From NCBI RefSeq assembly GCF_000150275.1, contig NW_002060951.1, forward strand, positions 1,126,297 through 1,190,296: a stretch of DNA of 64,000 nt. The letters are read 5' to 3'. Source of the stretch: Trichoplax adhaerens (lineage: Eukaryota; Animalia; Placozoa). The translations under genes and the position numbers were made by a program. Shown here in pieces: positions 41,588-60,444 of the stretch. Position 1 is the stretch's first letter; every line of letters begins with the position of its first letter. The notes beneath the pieces were generated by a model. That model was not told the origin of the DNA. It made no database searches and worked only from the letters and a program-made list of their open reading frames with translations.

Positions 41588-44500
41588 TTATAAGATTGCA
41601 ACGCATGCCATATGCAAGATATCTAAAATTACCTTATAATCGCGAGGAATGAAAAAAATAGAAACTGGAATGTCATCGCTGCTACTATATTCTTGAAAGC
41701 TGACTTTGGCAGTAATAGTCGGTAGTATAGATAGTTCTACACATAACCGTAATTCGAATTATCACAATTAGTACTTTATTATACCATATACGACGCAATT
41801 TAAGGTACGTCTTACAACTTATTAATTTAATAGTACTGTACAGTCAGACCAAATTTGATAAATTGATTCACCTAATTTAACTGGAAAACCAGGAGGTAAT
41901 TTCATTTGAATAAATTCTTTTAATTTCGTAAATTGCTTCATAGGTGACAAAATTGTTAAAATATCTACCAATCTGAAAATATCATATAGATAAAAATTGA
42001 ATAAAAGTCAATCTAAACTAGTAGCAACATGCAAAACTTACACATTTACATCCAGTGGAAATTCCTGACTCTATAAATTTTTAAATGAAACACATACAAA
42101 TACACTCATATTAAGAAATGCAGCAAATAAATTAGTATATCCTAATTGAACCTACCATAGCAACTTGTGGTTTGAAAGCTTTTCTCGTTTCCTTTACATC
42201 TACTAATCTAGCCAGTTGTGGCATACTTCAAAAACCAAATAAACGTACTTTAGATAACTGACCTGAAATACGTTAACTTGAGTATCATAAAAATTCGAAT
42301 TTCTTACTCTCTACTTTCTAAGTACTCCTGCCAGGTCATCTTACATTTAGCCGGTGGCTCCAGGGACATACGATGCTTATGAGAAATTAAAGTTGAAACA
42401 CATGAAATTCAATCCGTTAAGAAGTATAATGTAACTTTCGCAAGTAATTAGTTTGCCGTACTTCGGGTTTAAGATAATCCTCATCAAACATTTTAGAATC
42501 CCCTTTTGAAATCTTTTTCATCAACTCCTTTAAGGTTTTTATAAATACCAGATTAAATCCACAAGAATGAAATTATGTAAATGCAATAGACGCATTCTGA
42601 CCTTATTTTTTTTTTTATCTTCTTCAGACAGATGTTCTCTCCTACAATACACAGTAAATGAGATTGACATGGAATTTTTAAAAGGCTGAAACAGCACTAC
42701 ATAGTAAATAAATGTAATTTTATGCTGATATCTACCTTTTCCTTTGGATCAATTGCAATCCGTTAACACTAAAAACGTCAGCCTTAAAGTTTCCTATGGT
42801 TTCCTGGATAAAATTTGTAAGGCTTTTTTTAAATGAATGTAATTAAGAAGATTTAAGCCAAATAAATCATACAATTTTATTTTCTCGAAAGATCCAGCCA
42901 CTTTGTACTTTCGTAAATGTAACTTGCTCAGATGTTGTTTGACCAGATACTATATTACTTAATAATTGTCAATATTGCAATTCGATGTTAAAAACGCCGC
43001 ACAAAAATACAACTTGGAAAGCAAACTGTGTTTTATTGTACAGAATAGTAATAATATTTACTTGCTCATAAGTAAATCTACTTCTTCATCTACTTCAGCG
43101 TCATCATCCTTGAAATTTGATCAGCAAACTTAATTAAGAATAATATCTAGAAATCTATTTATCACAGCTAATGTACAACTATACGCGTATATACAACATA
43201 CTGATATACGAACTCTGCTAACCTTGAATCGCATTTTTTGAAAGGTTTTCTTATCATTATCTAAGACTATCGGTAATGGGTGAGCTGCCGAAAAAAATCA
43301 GATATACCCATAAATCATAATCTTTAATGGTAAATTACTAGCTTTTATCGCTCCTATCGATTAAAGTGCAAGCTTATCTATTTATTAGCTATATGACATC
43401 GTGCATATTTAGAATTAGTACCGTCATTATTTCCATTAAATATCAGACTGACATCTCCTCTTTGCCATTTCATTTCAGAAAAATCAGCCAAAGTCGAATC
43501 AACTCTGTCGAGGATAAAAATTAATTTACAGCTTAGCATTTCGTAAGATATATAATTAATCAATTGAAATATATAAATACTCGCAGGAACATCGAATGTT
43601 TTATCGTACAAATCTACCTTATACACGCGTCTCGTTTTCTAATTTTACATATATCAGAAGGCAGCAGTCTTGATAAAAAAGGAACTTTACCAATGAAACC
43701 ATAAAAGCGAATTTAATTAATAATTGATTCATGAGTGCACAAGTTGAAGATTATTTAAAACATTTATCGCAAATTTATTACTCACTCCAAGATGTAAACT
43801 CCCATTTTAATTCCATGTAAAAATCTCCCAACTATAGATCGAAATTAGAGATTAAAGTGTTATTAACAAGATAGAGTACATTGGCTGTCCATATATGTAT
43901 CAAAGTAATAATTGTAATCTTAGTATTTACACTTTTTAAAGCAGCGATAACTCGTGGACGTTTAGCCTTTAGATCTTGCTTTGATATTGTCTTCATGGTT
44001 AGGAGTAATTGAGTAACTGTCAATGAATTATAATTATATGTACTATAAAATTAATACATTGCTCAGAAAATTTGCTTATTGTATACATATTCCACCATAT
44101 GAAATGTATGTTACCTGTTAGGCGATCACCATAGCTAATCGCCTCGTCTAAGGGCGTCCAACCGTAATTATTCTTGGCTTTTAGAGAGGGTTTACGTTGC
44201 AAAAGTAATTTTATGCAATCTAACAGTGTAAATGGACCAGTACGATGATCAGATTATCCATTAGCAAAATTATGCTAGCTACGATTACCGTACTATGCAT
44301 CCATTAATTAATTAATAGTCAAAAAATAGAGAAAAATACGGATCCAGCTCTATAAACTATTTATCCAAAGCATATCAAGATTGTAATACAATACATAAAT
44401 TGTAACTATTTTATTATTTTAAATTACTGTTTTAGCCTTTCTACGAGACAGGCGATATTTACCTTTATGGCCAAGCATGACAGCCAGATGTAATGGAGTA

Positions 44501-47199
44501 TTACCTACGTCACAAGAATTAAATGTAACAATAATTAGAAGCAATGACTATTGTTTTCCATTAACAAGTAATCGACTACGTATACCTTAGAAAGCAATAG
44601 TATGTTACATTTGACGTACAATGTAAAAAGCACAATAACCGAAAAGTCGTAGACAAGTAATATTAACTGACTCCGGGTTATTCTGTCTAAACGACGACAT
44701 TAAAATCAACATACAAATAATGCAATAGAAGCGTTGCATCGTCTCAAAATATTGTTGCTGAGTGCAATTGCAAAAATTTTATTGCTACCTCAGTTAGTTC
44801 AGTTCAGTTCAGTGTTTGATAAGTCGTCACTGGAGAGGGCTACCGTACCTTCAGACTGAAGGCTTCAAGACATACTAATTTATATAAAATGATGAAAAAT
44901 TGGCAATAATGCAGTATCGCTACGAGTTATAGTAGAAGCTACGTACAGTACAGTATTATAGTGTACGAGTATCATGGATACTTTAGCCCTTCGGTAATAG
45001 AATACGTATAATTAATTAATCAACGGTGAGATAGAGGGAGAATCTGAAACCTATGCTACTAGGGTGCGCGTATTATTTTTCATTTTCTAACCACTATTTA
45101 GTATGACATTCAACTGATAAGATAAAAAATAGACATCATTCTTATTTTCATCGCTTTTAGTTTGATAAAATCAGCAAACATACTATAATGGATACTGTAG
45201 CCATTAGGAATAGAATACGTAGTGTAATTAATCAACAGTGAGATAGAGGGAGAATCTGAAATCTATGCTACTAGGGTGCGCGTATTATTTTTCATTTTCC
45301 AACCACTATTTAGTATGACATTCAACTGATAAGATAAAAAATAGACATCATTCTGATTTTCATCGCTTTTAGTTTGATAAAATCAGTAAACATACTATAA
45401 TGGATACTTTAGCCATAAGGTAATAGAATACGTATACTGTAATTAATCAACAGTGAGATAGAGGGAGAATCTGAAACCTATGCTGCTAGGGTACGCGTAT
45501 TTTTTATTTTCTAACCACTCTTTAGTATGACATTCAACAGATAAGATCAAAAATGGACATCATCCTTATTTTCATCGCTTTTAGTTTGATAAAATCAGTA
45601 AACATACGTACGCTCGTATGTTCCTGTTCGTTCTCAATGAATGACCAGAATGATCAGTGTTTTATTAATTATCAGCGTAAACATATTGATACAACTAAAT
45701 CGCCACAATGCGAAACTAGATGCTACGGGTTGTACAGTATAAATGGAATTTCTTCGATTATTTCGAATAGGAGTATGAAATAAAGGTTCATCCCTATCGA
45801 CTGAGCAGCATTGAACTCTTGGCCGATCAATCAATATCAGGATGAAGATTAAGGCCATACGTTCATTAATGTTTACAATACGATATCGCATTTCTAAAGT
45901 CAAGCTGTCTCTATAAAGGCAAAATCAATCATGAATCTTCTAAAAGAAATTGTAATATTATTATAGTTAAAAATAATTTATCTATTTCACAAATCAATGG
46001 AAGATTTACTGTATCATTTCAATTTGTTCTATATTAAATGCGTATGAATACTTTTACATGGTCTTGATTCCGGCTTGTATTTTATATTTTACAATCAGTA
46101 ATCGGATTAAAAATGAATGGGAAAACATGTTTAATGAACAGTTATGGACTACCTAAAAGAGTTGGAGGACTGTCTATAGAAATGAATTCAATCATCATTA
46201 TCGTTGCTAGATGAAGTGGGGCACAGGATTGACCCACCTGTATCTTCCAGTAATTAATAATTTACATGTCATGTTGATTATAGTAAAGACTGAGTTGCTG
46301 TAAAATAATAACATGAAAATAAATGTACTGTATATTGGTATCGTATTCGTGTACATTCCATTTTTGGCAGACTACGTGTCATCATTCGTATGACATAACA
46401 TGGAAATGGAGTATTTGCCGATGGGGAAAATGGCGTGTATCCACAATAAACTACTTCAAGAGTAATTGAATCCAGCTGTTATGATATTATTGAGTAAAAG
46501 GAATGACTATTCAAAGAATTCAAGCCGTTGATGATCATTACTTTGTAAGTTGGTTGAAAAATTGTCGCGTACGACTATCCATGGATCCGACGGCAACTGT
46601 AGACCGAAACATCATTGAATCAATGAGAATACAAGGATCAAAATGATCGACTATGAAAAGGTATCCCATGAATCTATCCTTCCATAAGGAGGATACAAAT
46701 AAAAAAATTGGATTTGCAATCTATTCTGCTTTATTTAGGCCATTGCAATGATTCTTTTGCTTTCAAAGTGAGTCTGTACGTCGTTTATTGCTGTAGCAAA
46801 GCAAGCTAGTAGCGAAGTTTATTCGTCCGACAGTGAGATTTGGATTTTCAATCAGTCAAGCTTTCATTTTGGCCCAATCTACTGATACAATACTATAGTA
46901 GATTGAGCAAAGTAATGTACAGTTTGCTGCTGGATGCCATGACTCCACCAGCGGGTCTACTGTACTGTACTAAACGATTGCTGTGGCGTCTATTGACATA
47001 TTAAGACTACTGTGGACGTTGACAACGATCAGCTTCTATTTACTCTATACTGTCCATACATCCAGTACATCACAAACTTACCATGTTTATCCTTTCTATT
47101 GATGTCGTGGCCTTTCTGTAACGATTTTACCATTTCATTAGCATTGCCATTGAAGACATGGTAATGCACTGGATAGTCCAATGTCGTATTTTGAGCCAT
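41588..47199 (-). CDS. ANKRD13: Ankyrin repeat domain-containing protein 13 (ANKRD13C-like, no obvious UIMs); last exon uncertain
   Basis: Exon 1 (47082-47199) MAQNTTLDYPVHYHVFNG...RKDKH|GNTPLHLAVMLGHK; KNNYGWTPLDEAISYGDR; GDFYMELKWEFTSW; LPSDICKI; RVDSTLADFSEMKWQRGDVSLIF; QSGWIFRE; KRREHLSEED; FIQMKLPPGFPVKL; FFIPRDYK. Confidence 0.9.
44974..45607. repeat. Tandem triplication, ~212-214 bp unit, in ANKRD13 intron 1
   Basis: Units start at 44974, 45188 and 45400 (ATGGATACT...GAGATAGAGGGAGAATCTGAAA...TTTGATAAAATCAG(C/T)AAACATAC). Confidence 0.96.
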
Positions 47200-48831
47200 T
47201 TTAAAGTTGATACAAGGAGAAAAATCAGTAATAGAAAGCTGCTAAGGAATTGTCACGCAAGAATCCTTGAGAATATTGACTTGGAGCGGACACTGCGAAC
47301 AGCAGTAGCTTGCTGTACCGTACGCACTGTAAGCACTGTACTGTACACTGTAGTGCGCCGTACTGGTTGTTGTACAGTACAGTACTGTACAATGTACACT
47401 GTACAGTATAGTACAGTACACTACGCATGTTCAATGTTCATTGTTCAAGTACAGTATAGTACAGTATAACATTCTACAGTAGTGAAACCGACTCCCTCTG
47501 CTTGTGGTCAATAGTGTACAGTGTACAGTGTACGGTACGTGACGCAACTGAGAGTACAGTACTGTACTGTAGAAAGAGAGAGAGAGACGACTGGACTAGC
47601 TGTCCTTCAGTGCAAAATAATCAACAATACAGTAGGATTGTATGCAGCACTACAGTGTACAGTGTACAGTACGCTACCAACGAAAGAGTACAGTACTGTA
47701 CAGTACAGTACAATATGCAGAACCAACCAAGCGGCTAATTTGCATGATAATCGTAGACAGTACAGTATAGTGTATCGTTTCAGACATACGGCTCACCGGA
47801 GATGACCAGCAAAAGAAGTTAGCTCCCTTCTTTTTACCATGGTGAACCACTCTTCTCTGCCCTTCTCTTTCTTTCCTTCACTAGTCCCTACTCCCTAGCC
47901 ATAGCCTCTATCGCTGAAGCACAACCATGGCAGATACCAAGACCATGGTAGTGCCTAGGAACTACGAATGATCTTACCGTACTGTATTACTCCCAGTGAA
48001 GTTAAGTTGACTAGTCGTGCCGTCGTGGCCTACTGTATCAATTAGTCTTTTAATGAAGTGAATAAGAAAAAAAAAAGCAACTGTACTGTACTACTAGACG
48101 GCTGATGGTACTGGCCAACAAAGGGTAGAATTATTAGCCTTACTGTCTACATAGACACCATTTTAGGATCAAGGTGATCCATTCATTTCTAGTTAATACG
48201 GGTAATTATTATACTACATCACTACGTAGAAGGCAATATCCTGGAGTAAAGTAGAAAAGACTAAAATTCATTTAGAAATCATCCAAGATGATGTAATTGT
48301 TGATCGCCGAATAAATAGCTGCATCATGCCGCAAAGAGCATTTCGATTCATTCGTATATTTTCTTTTCTTTTCTAGCCGATTTTAGTCAAGTTAATATTG
48401 GAGTCTCAGTCACAGTCAACGTGGCATCACTACGCAAGACTGTACAGTACAGTACAGTACTGTACTGTATCGTGCAGTCTTACAGTACATACTATTCTAG
48501 AAACTGAATGAATTTAATAGAGCGGGTGACGTAACGCTACACTGACGCTATGGCCTGACCATACTGTACCAGGGGCATGATTGTGTTAAACAATTACACT
48601 GCAGGAAAACTTTTTGGAACTTATTTTGTAGTACTGTAGTGTACAGTACTGTACAGTACAGTACAATGAACCGTGTGTTTAAAATCTCTTGTATCTCACA
48701 AAAAAGTCAGTGACAAATAACTGCCGACTAATCAGTAATCAGGCTTTTGGTCTTTCGGAAAGTGCATATCATTGTGCAAAGGTTAAAAGCAGCAGTAAAT
48801 CTACAAATAGACAGCATACGACGTGTACGAC
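47200..48831. promoter_or_regulatory. Divergent intergenic region between ANKRD13 and VCP; candidate shared promoter
   Basis: The start codons at 47199 (-) and 48832 (+) point away from each other. The region contains a pyrimidine tract (~47850-47880), TTCTAGAA (~48495) and TGACGTAA (~48527); function of these motifs is inferred only. Confidence 0.5.
47315..47770. repeat. Dense compound array of TA(CAG/CTG/CGG/GTG)TA motifs in mixed orientation
   Basis: For example GTACAGTACAGTACTGTACAATGTACACTGTACAGTATAGTACAGTACAC. It generates the spurious TVQY/STV-rich ORFs at 47158-47805. Confidence 0.85.
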
Positions 48832-54958
<6,127 letters not shown>

Positions 54959-55671
54959 AGATTTCTGTTGTTCGTGTATCTTTGATTATGAGTTAATTGG
55001 TAGCATCGGATAAATTACTGAAGTTCTGCAATTAAGATAGCTAACGTAATTAGGAGATTATCCATGCTTCTTGATCTTGTAACTGCATAATTGATGAAGC
55101 TTGCCTATCTTGCTGTCTTTAGACTGCTTCTTAAAGGTTTAAATACTTTGCTAGTTAAATTAATGTATGCTACATAATAACTAAAAGGAGGCTCTACTCG
55201 CTTATGAATATAACCGAACGTGTGATAGCGCGCTCCTGGTGCAATGATTATTAAATGTTAGATGCTATTACCAATGTAACACTTCTTTTATCTTTTTCGC
55301 TGACATGACGAATTAGATGAGCAGTGTTCAGCAATCGATTTAACTCGTTATTTGCAATTTCATTACCTAATGTTATTAGTATCTTACTACTTTCTAACAA
55401 AACCGTGGTACGTTTGTACTATTTTTGACAGTCTCGTTGTTTTGACATAGGTTTTACAATAATAAATAATAAACACAGTCATTATCAATCTCTTGGACTG
55501 TTCTGTGTTTTGATTAATCAATTTAATGTTCAATGACTAATGTACAGTAGAAAGGTGGCTAAAATAACGTGGAGATAGGTTCAATAGAACTTACGTAACT
55601 TCATGCCAATTGACCAAATGATTAATTGATACAGTGTAATATAGTTGGCAGTAATATGTGGCTTCGCTTTA

Positions 55672-55713
55672 GTATGGACTTCTAGAAACTAGTCTATTTC
55701 TAGAAGTCCATAC
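55672..55713. mobile_element. Short palindromic element with perfect 17-bp arms, related to 23569-23611
   Basis: GTATGGACTTCTAGAAA-ctagtcta-TTTCTAGAAGTCCATAC. Confidence 0.6.
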
Positions 55714-56449
55714 CTTTGGGGTCCTCCACTGGCATGGGGTAGTAGATGATAAAGCTACTGTACATCAATATGGGCATATTACACTTTCTTATCAACTACA
55801 GTTGGTTGCTAACAATGTTGTAAACTGGAATGTCGATAACGTTGAAGTTTTAGCTAGAAATATAAATACTGAAGGATATCAGGGAAAGTAATATAGACTT
55901 TCTCTATCAATTTTCCCTACTTGGGTGAGTGTATCGTCAATTATATAATGTCAAGATACCAGGGTCAATCAATTTTCAGACTTTAATGGGGGGGGGGGGT
56001 GCAAAAAGTTGGAACGTTGAAACTCTTTTAAAGCGTATTCATGGTCGTACCATAGCATAGCAACTGTACTATACTGCATATCGTCATATCAAGGCGGCAA
56101 ATAAGACGGAATTTACCGGTTGGATCGATTTCAGCTCGGTACATTTTACAGTAATGTACCACCGTACGCTGTTTCATGGACTACTCCATGCAGTACAGTA
56201 CAGTGCTATGGTACGCATACCATTGATCCTACTAACACAACTATACTGTAAAATAATAGTTGATGATTTACTTACCAAAACGTCTGTACAGACTGTCGGC
56301 TGGCTTCGTATTTCTGAATTAATCCGTGCTAGGAAAGTGCAACAGTGTATTTGTTGTTCTGAGCAGAGTAGCTGAAAAACGCAACCTTTAATTTATAGCA
56401 AACTAGGAATTGGTGTTGTAGAATATTCAAGATTGTAATCAATTTCATC

Positions 56450-58059
56450 ATGGGATCGATGATTAGCTCACAGATGAAGGAGGTCATGGGTGAACAAATG
56501 AAGCAAAATAAAGAATCCATGAGTGAAATGCAAGATACTATGGTATGAAGCAATTATAAAAACTTATTTCACGCTTACAGTATACGCTTGTTGCCGGCTA
56601 TGCTGTCTGGTAAAAGTACAATTCGGTGTAGTAATTCCCATCGGAGGCCTATATTTAGCAGGCATCACATTTGTAGAATTTCGTTCTCTCTATCACCACA
56701 GTATTCGATTGCTATCACTTGCTAGCTTGTAATAAGTGATTACATCAACTAAAGACGTATAAGAAATTTAATGCGTTACGCTACCTTATTACTATCATTT
56801 GTTCGATTGAATTACAGTAATAATTTACATACATCAAACGCTATATGGATGCAAAAATGCCTCATTTGTCTACTATAATAGAGTAAAATCTGATTTGATT
56901 TAATAATAACGGTAATTGTAATCATTATTGCGAACATTGGCTATCTTAACATCCAGCAAATATTTATTATTCACAGTAAAACCACAAAGGTACAAGGCGG
57001 AATATTAACGCTTTAATCCTGATTTTATCGCTCTTGACAGTAAATAATTTCACATAGTACCTGATTTACCGGTAAATTAATTGTTGGCGGTGAAGAAAAT
57101 AATTACTCCGTACTAGTTAGTAACTGTTATACAATATTTACTCGTACGTTGGGTACGAATGTCATAGGGACGTTTCTTTCCCCTATTTTATCACGCTATT
57201 AGTTATCACTGGATACTGGTAGTTATCGCTAACTTCGTAGTTGTACAGCAGCACTGTTCTACGTATTATCTCGGAGTTACGAGGGCTTTACTTGCTCAAT
57301 TCTAGACTCACTATATCGTATACATATAGTATTAAATAAATAATATTTACGTTGCTCCCACCAACGTGATTTGTGCTATGTCGTATAGATGGAACGACAA
57401 ATTGTGCTACAAGATCAAATCCGTCGGCGTCAAATGGCATCACAAATCGCTAGAGCTAGAGATTTCGTTGCTTGGTATGGTTCGTTCTACGCCCTAGCTG
57501 GGATTGGCCTTATAGCTGCGTAAGAGTCGCAAATTTAGATCGCGGTTATACCGTACAACACACAAGATACTATTAATTAATTAATTAATACTGATTTTAC
57601 ACTATATAGTAGAACTAATGGTTAACTCTGTACAGTTCATTGCTATTGATGTACTCGAATATATAACTTTAACTGTTACAGCTCTAGACGAACAAAGAAC
57701 CGTGCTTATTTAGGACCATTAGTTCCACTCGGATTTATACTGGCGTATCAAGCCGATTTAGCTTATGGGAATAAAATGGATCGTATACGAGGTAATGTAG
57801 GAAGTAATCGATTAGTACAGCTGCTTATACATGCTAGCTGCAGTTTATCCTATCCTTACATAAATGTTTATGGAATGCCTGATGTTAGCTATTTCCCTCA
57901 GTAACGAATTATCAAATTCTTTATTAAAATCCCTTCTAATAAAATACAGCCGAAGCGGAGAGGATTATGTCTGATGAGACTCACTACCTTGAGTTACCAT
58001 TTGGACGACCAACTCTTAAAGCCGTAGAAGAAGCAAGGAAGGCTTCCAAGAAAAGCTAA
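56450..58059 (+). CDS. PLGRKT: Plasminogen receptor KT (C9orf46) family protein, 4 exons
   Basis: 56450-56542 MGSMISSQMKEVMGEQMKQNKESMSEMQDTM; 57389-57519 MERQIVLQDQIRRRQMASQIARARD; then GPLVPLGFILAYQADLAYGNKMDRIR and AEAERIM...LELPFG...ASKKS*. Confidence 0.9.
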
Positions 58060-58823
58060 TTCCGACTGAGCCTCTTTTGGAATTGTAAATTTTAGGGCAG
58101 TAGATAGACAGCGTATGCAGCCCGTTGATAATTCCCTTAGTATATCTCATACAGTTTACCTAGGATTAGACTGCTTCTATTGACCTTAGCCAATGTAGTA
58201 TGCAATAATTTGTCTATCACTTTAAATATTATCGTAGTAAATTACAGTAAAGTAAATTTAATTTATTTATTATGCTGTTTTTACATAGAATTCGTTTTAG
58301 TGTTTGATAGCATACGCCTTAGTTTGTTCCACAATTGGAATATTAGAGCTGTTGTCCTTCGAGATTGGGTGTGTATTAGAACACCTTTTCGTTTCTGATG
58401 ATCTTTACCTTATTATGAAGCATTTGGCTGTGACATTTGTCTATTACAACCTATAATTACTTAGCAAATTTTATATGTATGGTATGATTGCGTGAGCCAA
58501 TAAACAGAGCGGCTAATACGAAGTTTAATAACAATTTCTTAAATATAATTAAATTTATCAAGTTAATACAAAAGTATCGTGAATGATATCTAGTTATATG
58601 AAAGTGACCAAAATTTTGTCAGCAGGACCAAGAAAAAAATATGATACACCATTAATAACTATATACAGCATGCTGATAACCAGATCCATAAAATATACAG
58701 CTTTACATGATACGTTTACGGTACAGTATACTAATTTCGTCATATTGCTACCTTGTAATAATTCGGGGAACCGGTAAGTAACACCAAACATCTTCGATAT
58801 CTATAGAGAAGACTATCCGTATT

Positions 58824-60444
58824 CTAACATTCCGCCTGAGCTCCAGCTTTTGCGAGTTTGTCTGCCATTTCATTACCTACATCACCAGCATGGCTACGTA
58901 TATGAGTCCATTTTACTCTTAGTTGAGAGTTTAAATGATCTAATTTGACAATATCTTCCTTATTTTTGACTTCGTCTCCGGAGCTTGTTTTCCATTCATT
59001 ACGTTTCCATTTATTAATCCAATTTGTAACAACATTAATAGTGTACATGGAATCTGTTCTTATTTCGATAGTTTCTAAGTTGTGATCTGAGGCAGATTCG
59101 AGAGCTTTACAGGCTGCAACAAGTTCAGCTCGCTGGTTAGTTTGTTTACCTGATAATCTTTCACTTACACTTGAAAGATTCGGATAGCTCCAGTATATGC
59201 CAATTCCGGCTCTTGCATTTTGAAAGCCATTATTAAAACAGCAGCCATCGCAATAAACAATATTGCTAGAGCTACTACTACTGGCAACGGCAGGTCCTAC
59301 TACCTCATCTGTTATTCTCTTCTTGACACCTAAATCCTGTGTCATGAAAGCCAACAAGTACAACCAGTAGTTACTTAATAGTATTACACTTTTAGAATGA
59401 TATTCATTGTTACTAACGAGTTAACCGATCCTCAAAGTTAGCCTATGATATTTTCATTTCTATACGCATAAGATAAAAGGACATACCATAGCCATACGTT
59501 TTCTTTTTTCACCAACAAGGTCTGAAATCAAAGGTGAAACACGTGTCAAAGGTGAAACACGTTTCATTACTGTTGCTGTCTAATAAATAAAGAAAAAGAT
59601 TAGATTGAGAATCTTTGCAGACGTCGTCATAAATATTAAAACTATCGTTGTCTGAGCGTGCATTTTTAGTCATAAACTACAGTAATAGAACTAGGGTTTT
59701 TTTTGGTTGCCATGGTTTAGAAGACTGTAGTCAGCTTTATTTTCAGTCGAATTGGGAAACTTGCTTCGAACTGAATGGATTGTATACTTTTAACCTATCA
59801 TTTCATTGATACAGAACTTTCTAAATTGTGTTATTGTTTTCTGGACTGATACGCATACCTCATAAGTTAACATCTCCGTGACATGCCTATTTGTACAGTA
59901 TTTGTTAGTAATAAGCCATGCGGTAAACGAAATCTTTGCCCACTGAACAGCAATTCTAGTTTGTAACAGAATTTACTAATGATGTAGTGTACATACTTAA
60001 TGTATAATTTACGAAACCTAATTTGTACTCCTGAAGGTGATCCATTCGGGAAGTCTTTGAATTTTTTTATCTCAATCGTTTGCGATTTGGAACTATTGTG
60101 TGTTTAAAAAGGTAAACAGTAAACCTTTTGCATCTTAGGTAGAGTTGTGGCTGAAGATTTGATAAAACTTTCGGCTTCTTCAAGCTGTCTAAATTTCTTG
60201 TAGATCGCACCAGGATACCCTTTAACATTTTCGGCGCAATCAGGCCTATAATAATAAACCATGCAGACGTATAGTGTAGGACTATGCTACTTAAAAGTGT
60301 ACGACTTTGGTTGAAATACAGTAATGCACTAGATAAGATTGCATGCTCGTATATAACTGTTTAAAATTTTCAAATGTGGACTTACCAATTTTGATAGATG
60401 CCGGGATGTCTACCAACTCGCACTGCATAAAAATAGGCAGCCAT
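58824..60444 (-). CDS. RNASEH1: Ribonuclease H1 (hybrid-binding domain plus catalytic domain), 4 exons
   Basis: MAAYFYAVRVGRHPGIYQNW|PDCAENVKGYPGAIYKKF (hybrid-binding domain); linker containing KRKR; catalytic domain VYCDGCC, QTNQRAEL, IRTDSMY, GNEMADKLA. Being spliced and having the hybrid-binding domain, it is cellular rather than retroelement-derived. Confidence 0.96.

Noticed and set aside
46330-47310. Apparent + strand FBXL13-like pseudogene (ISIAIEDMVMHWIVQCRIL..., ORF 47158-47469)
   Set aside because: The best-matching part is the antisense of ANKRD13 exon 1 (47082-47199), and the rest required repeated frame-hopping.
47225-47805. Overlapping Y/C/T/V/Q-rich ORFs
   Set aside because: They are artefacts of the TACAG/CTGTA array.
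47927-47971. Alternative coding first exon of VCP (MADTKTM)
   Set aside because: The available GT donor is phase 0 whereas VCP exon 2 needs phase 2. At most it is a uORF or UTR exon.
55988-55999. G12 homopolymer as a functional G-quadruplex
   Set aside because: It is an isolated run with no supporting context, and homopolymer length is error-prone.
56400-56560. LRR-like LTDEG / SMSE motifs
   Set aside because: They lie in PLGRKT exon 1 or an alternative frame of it, so they are chance matches.
58824-59363. Retrotransposon-derived RNase H
   Set aside because: No reverse transcriptase, integrase or LTRs are adjacent, and upstream spliced exons encode the cellular hybrid-binding domain.
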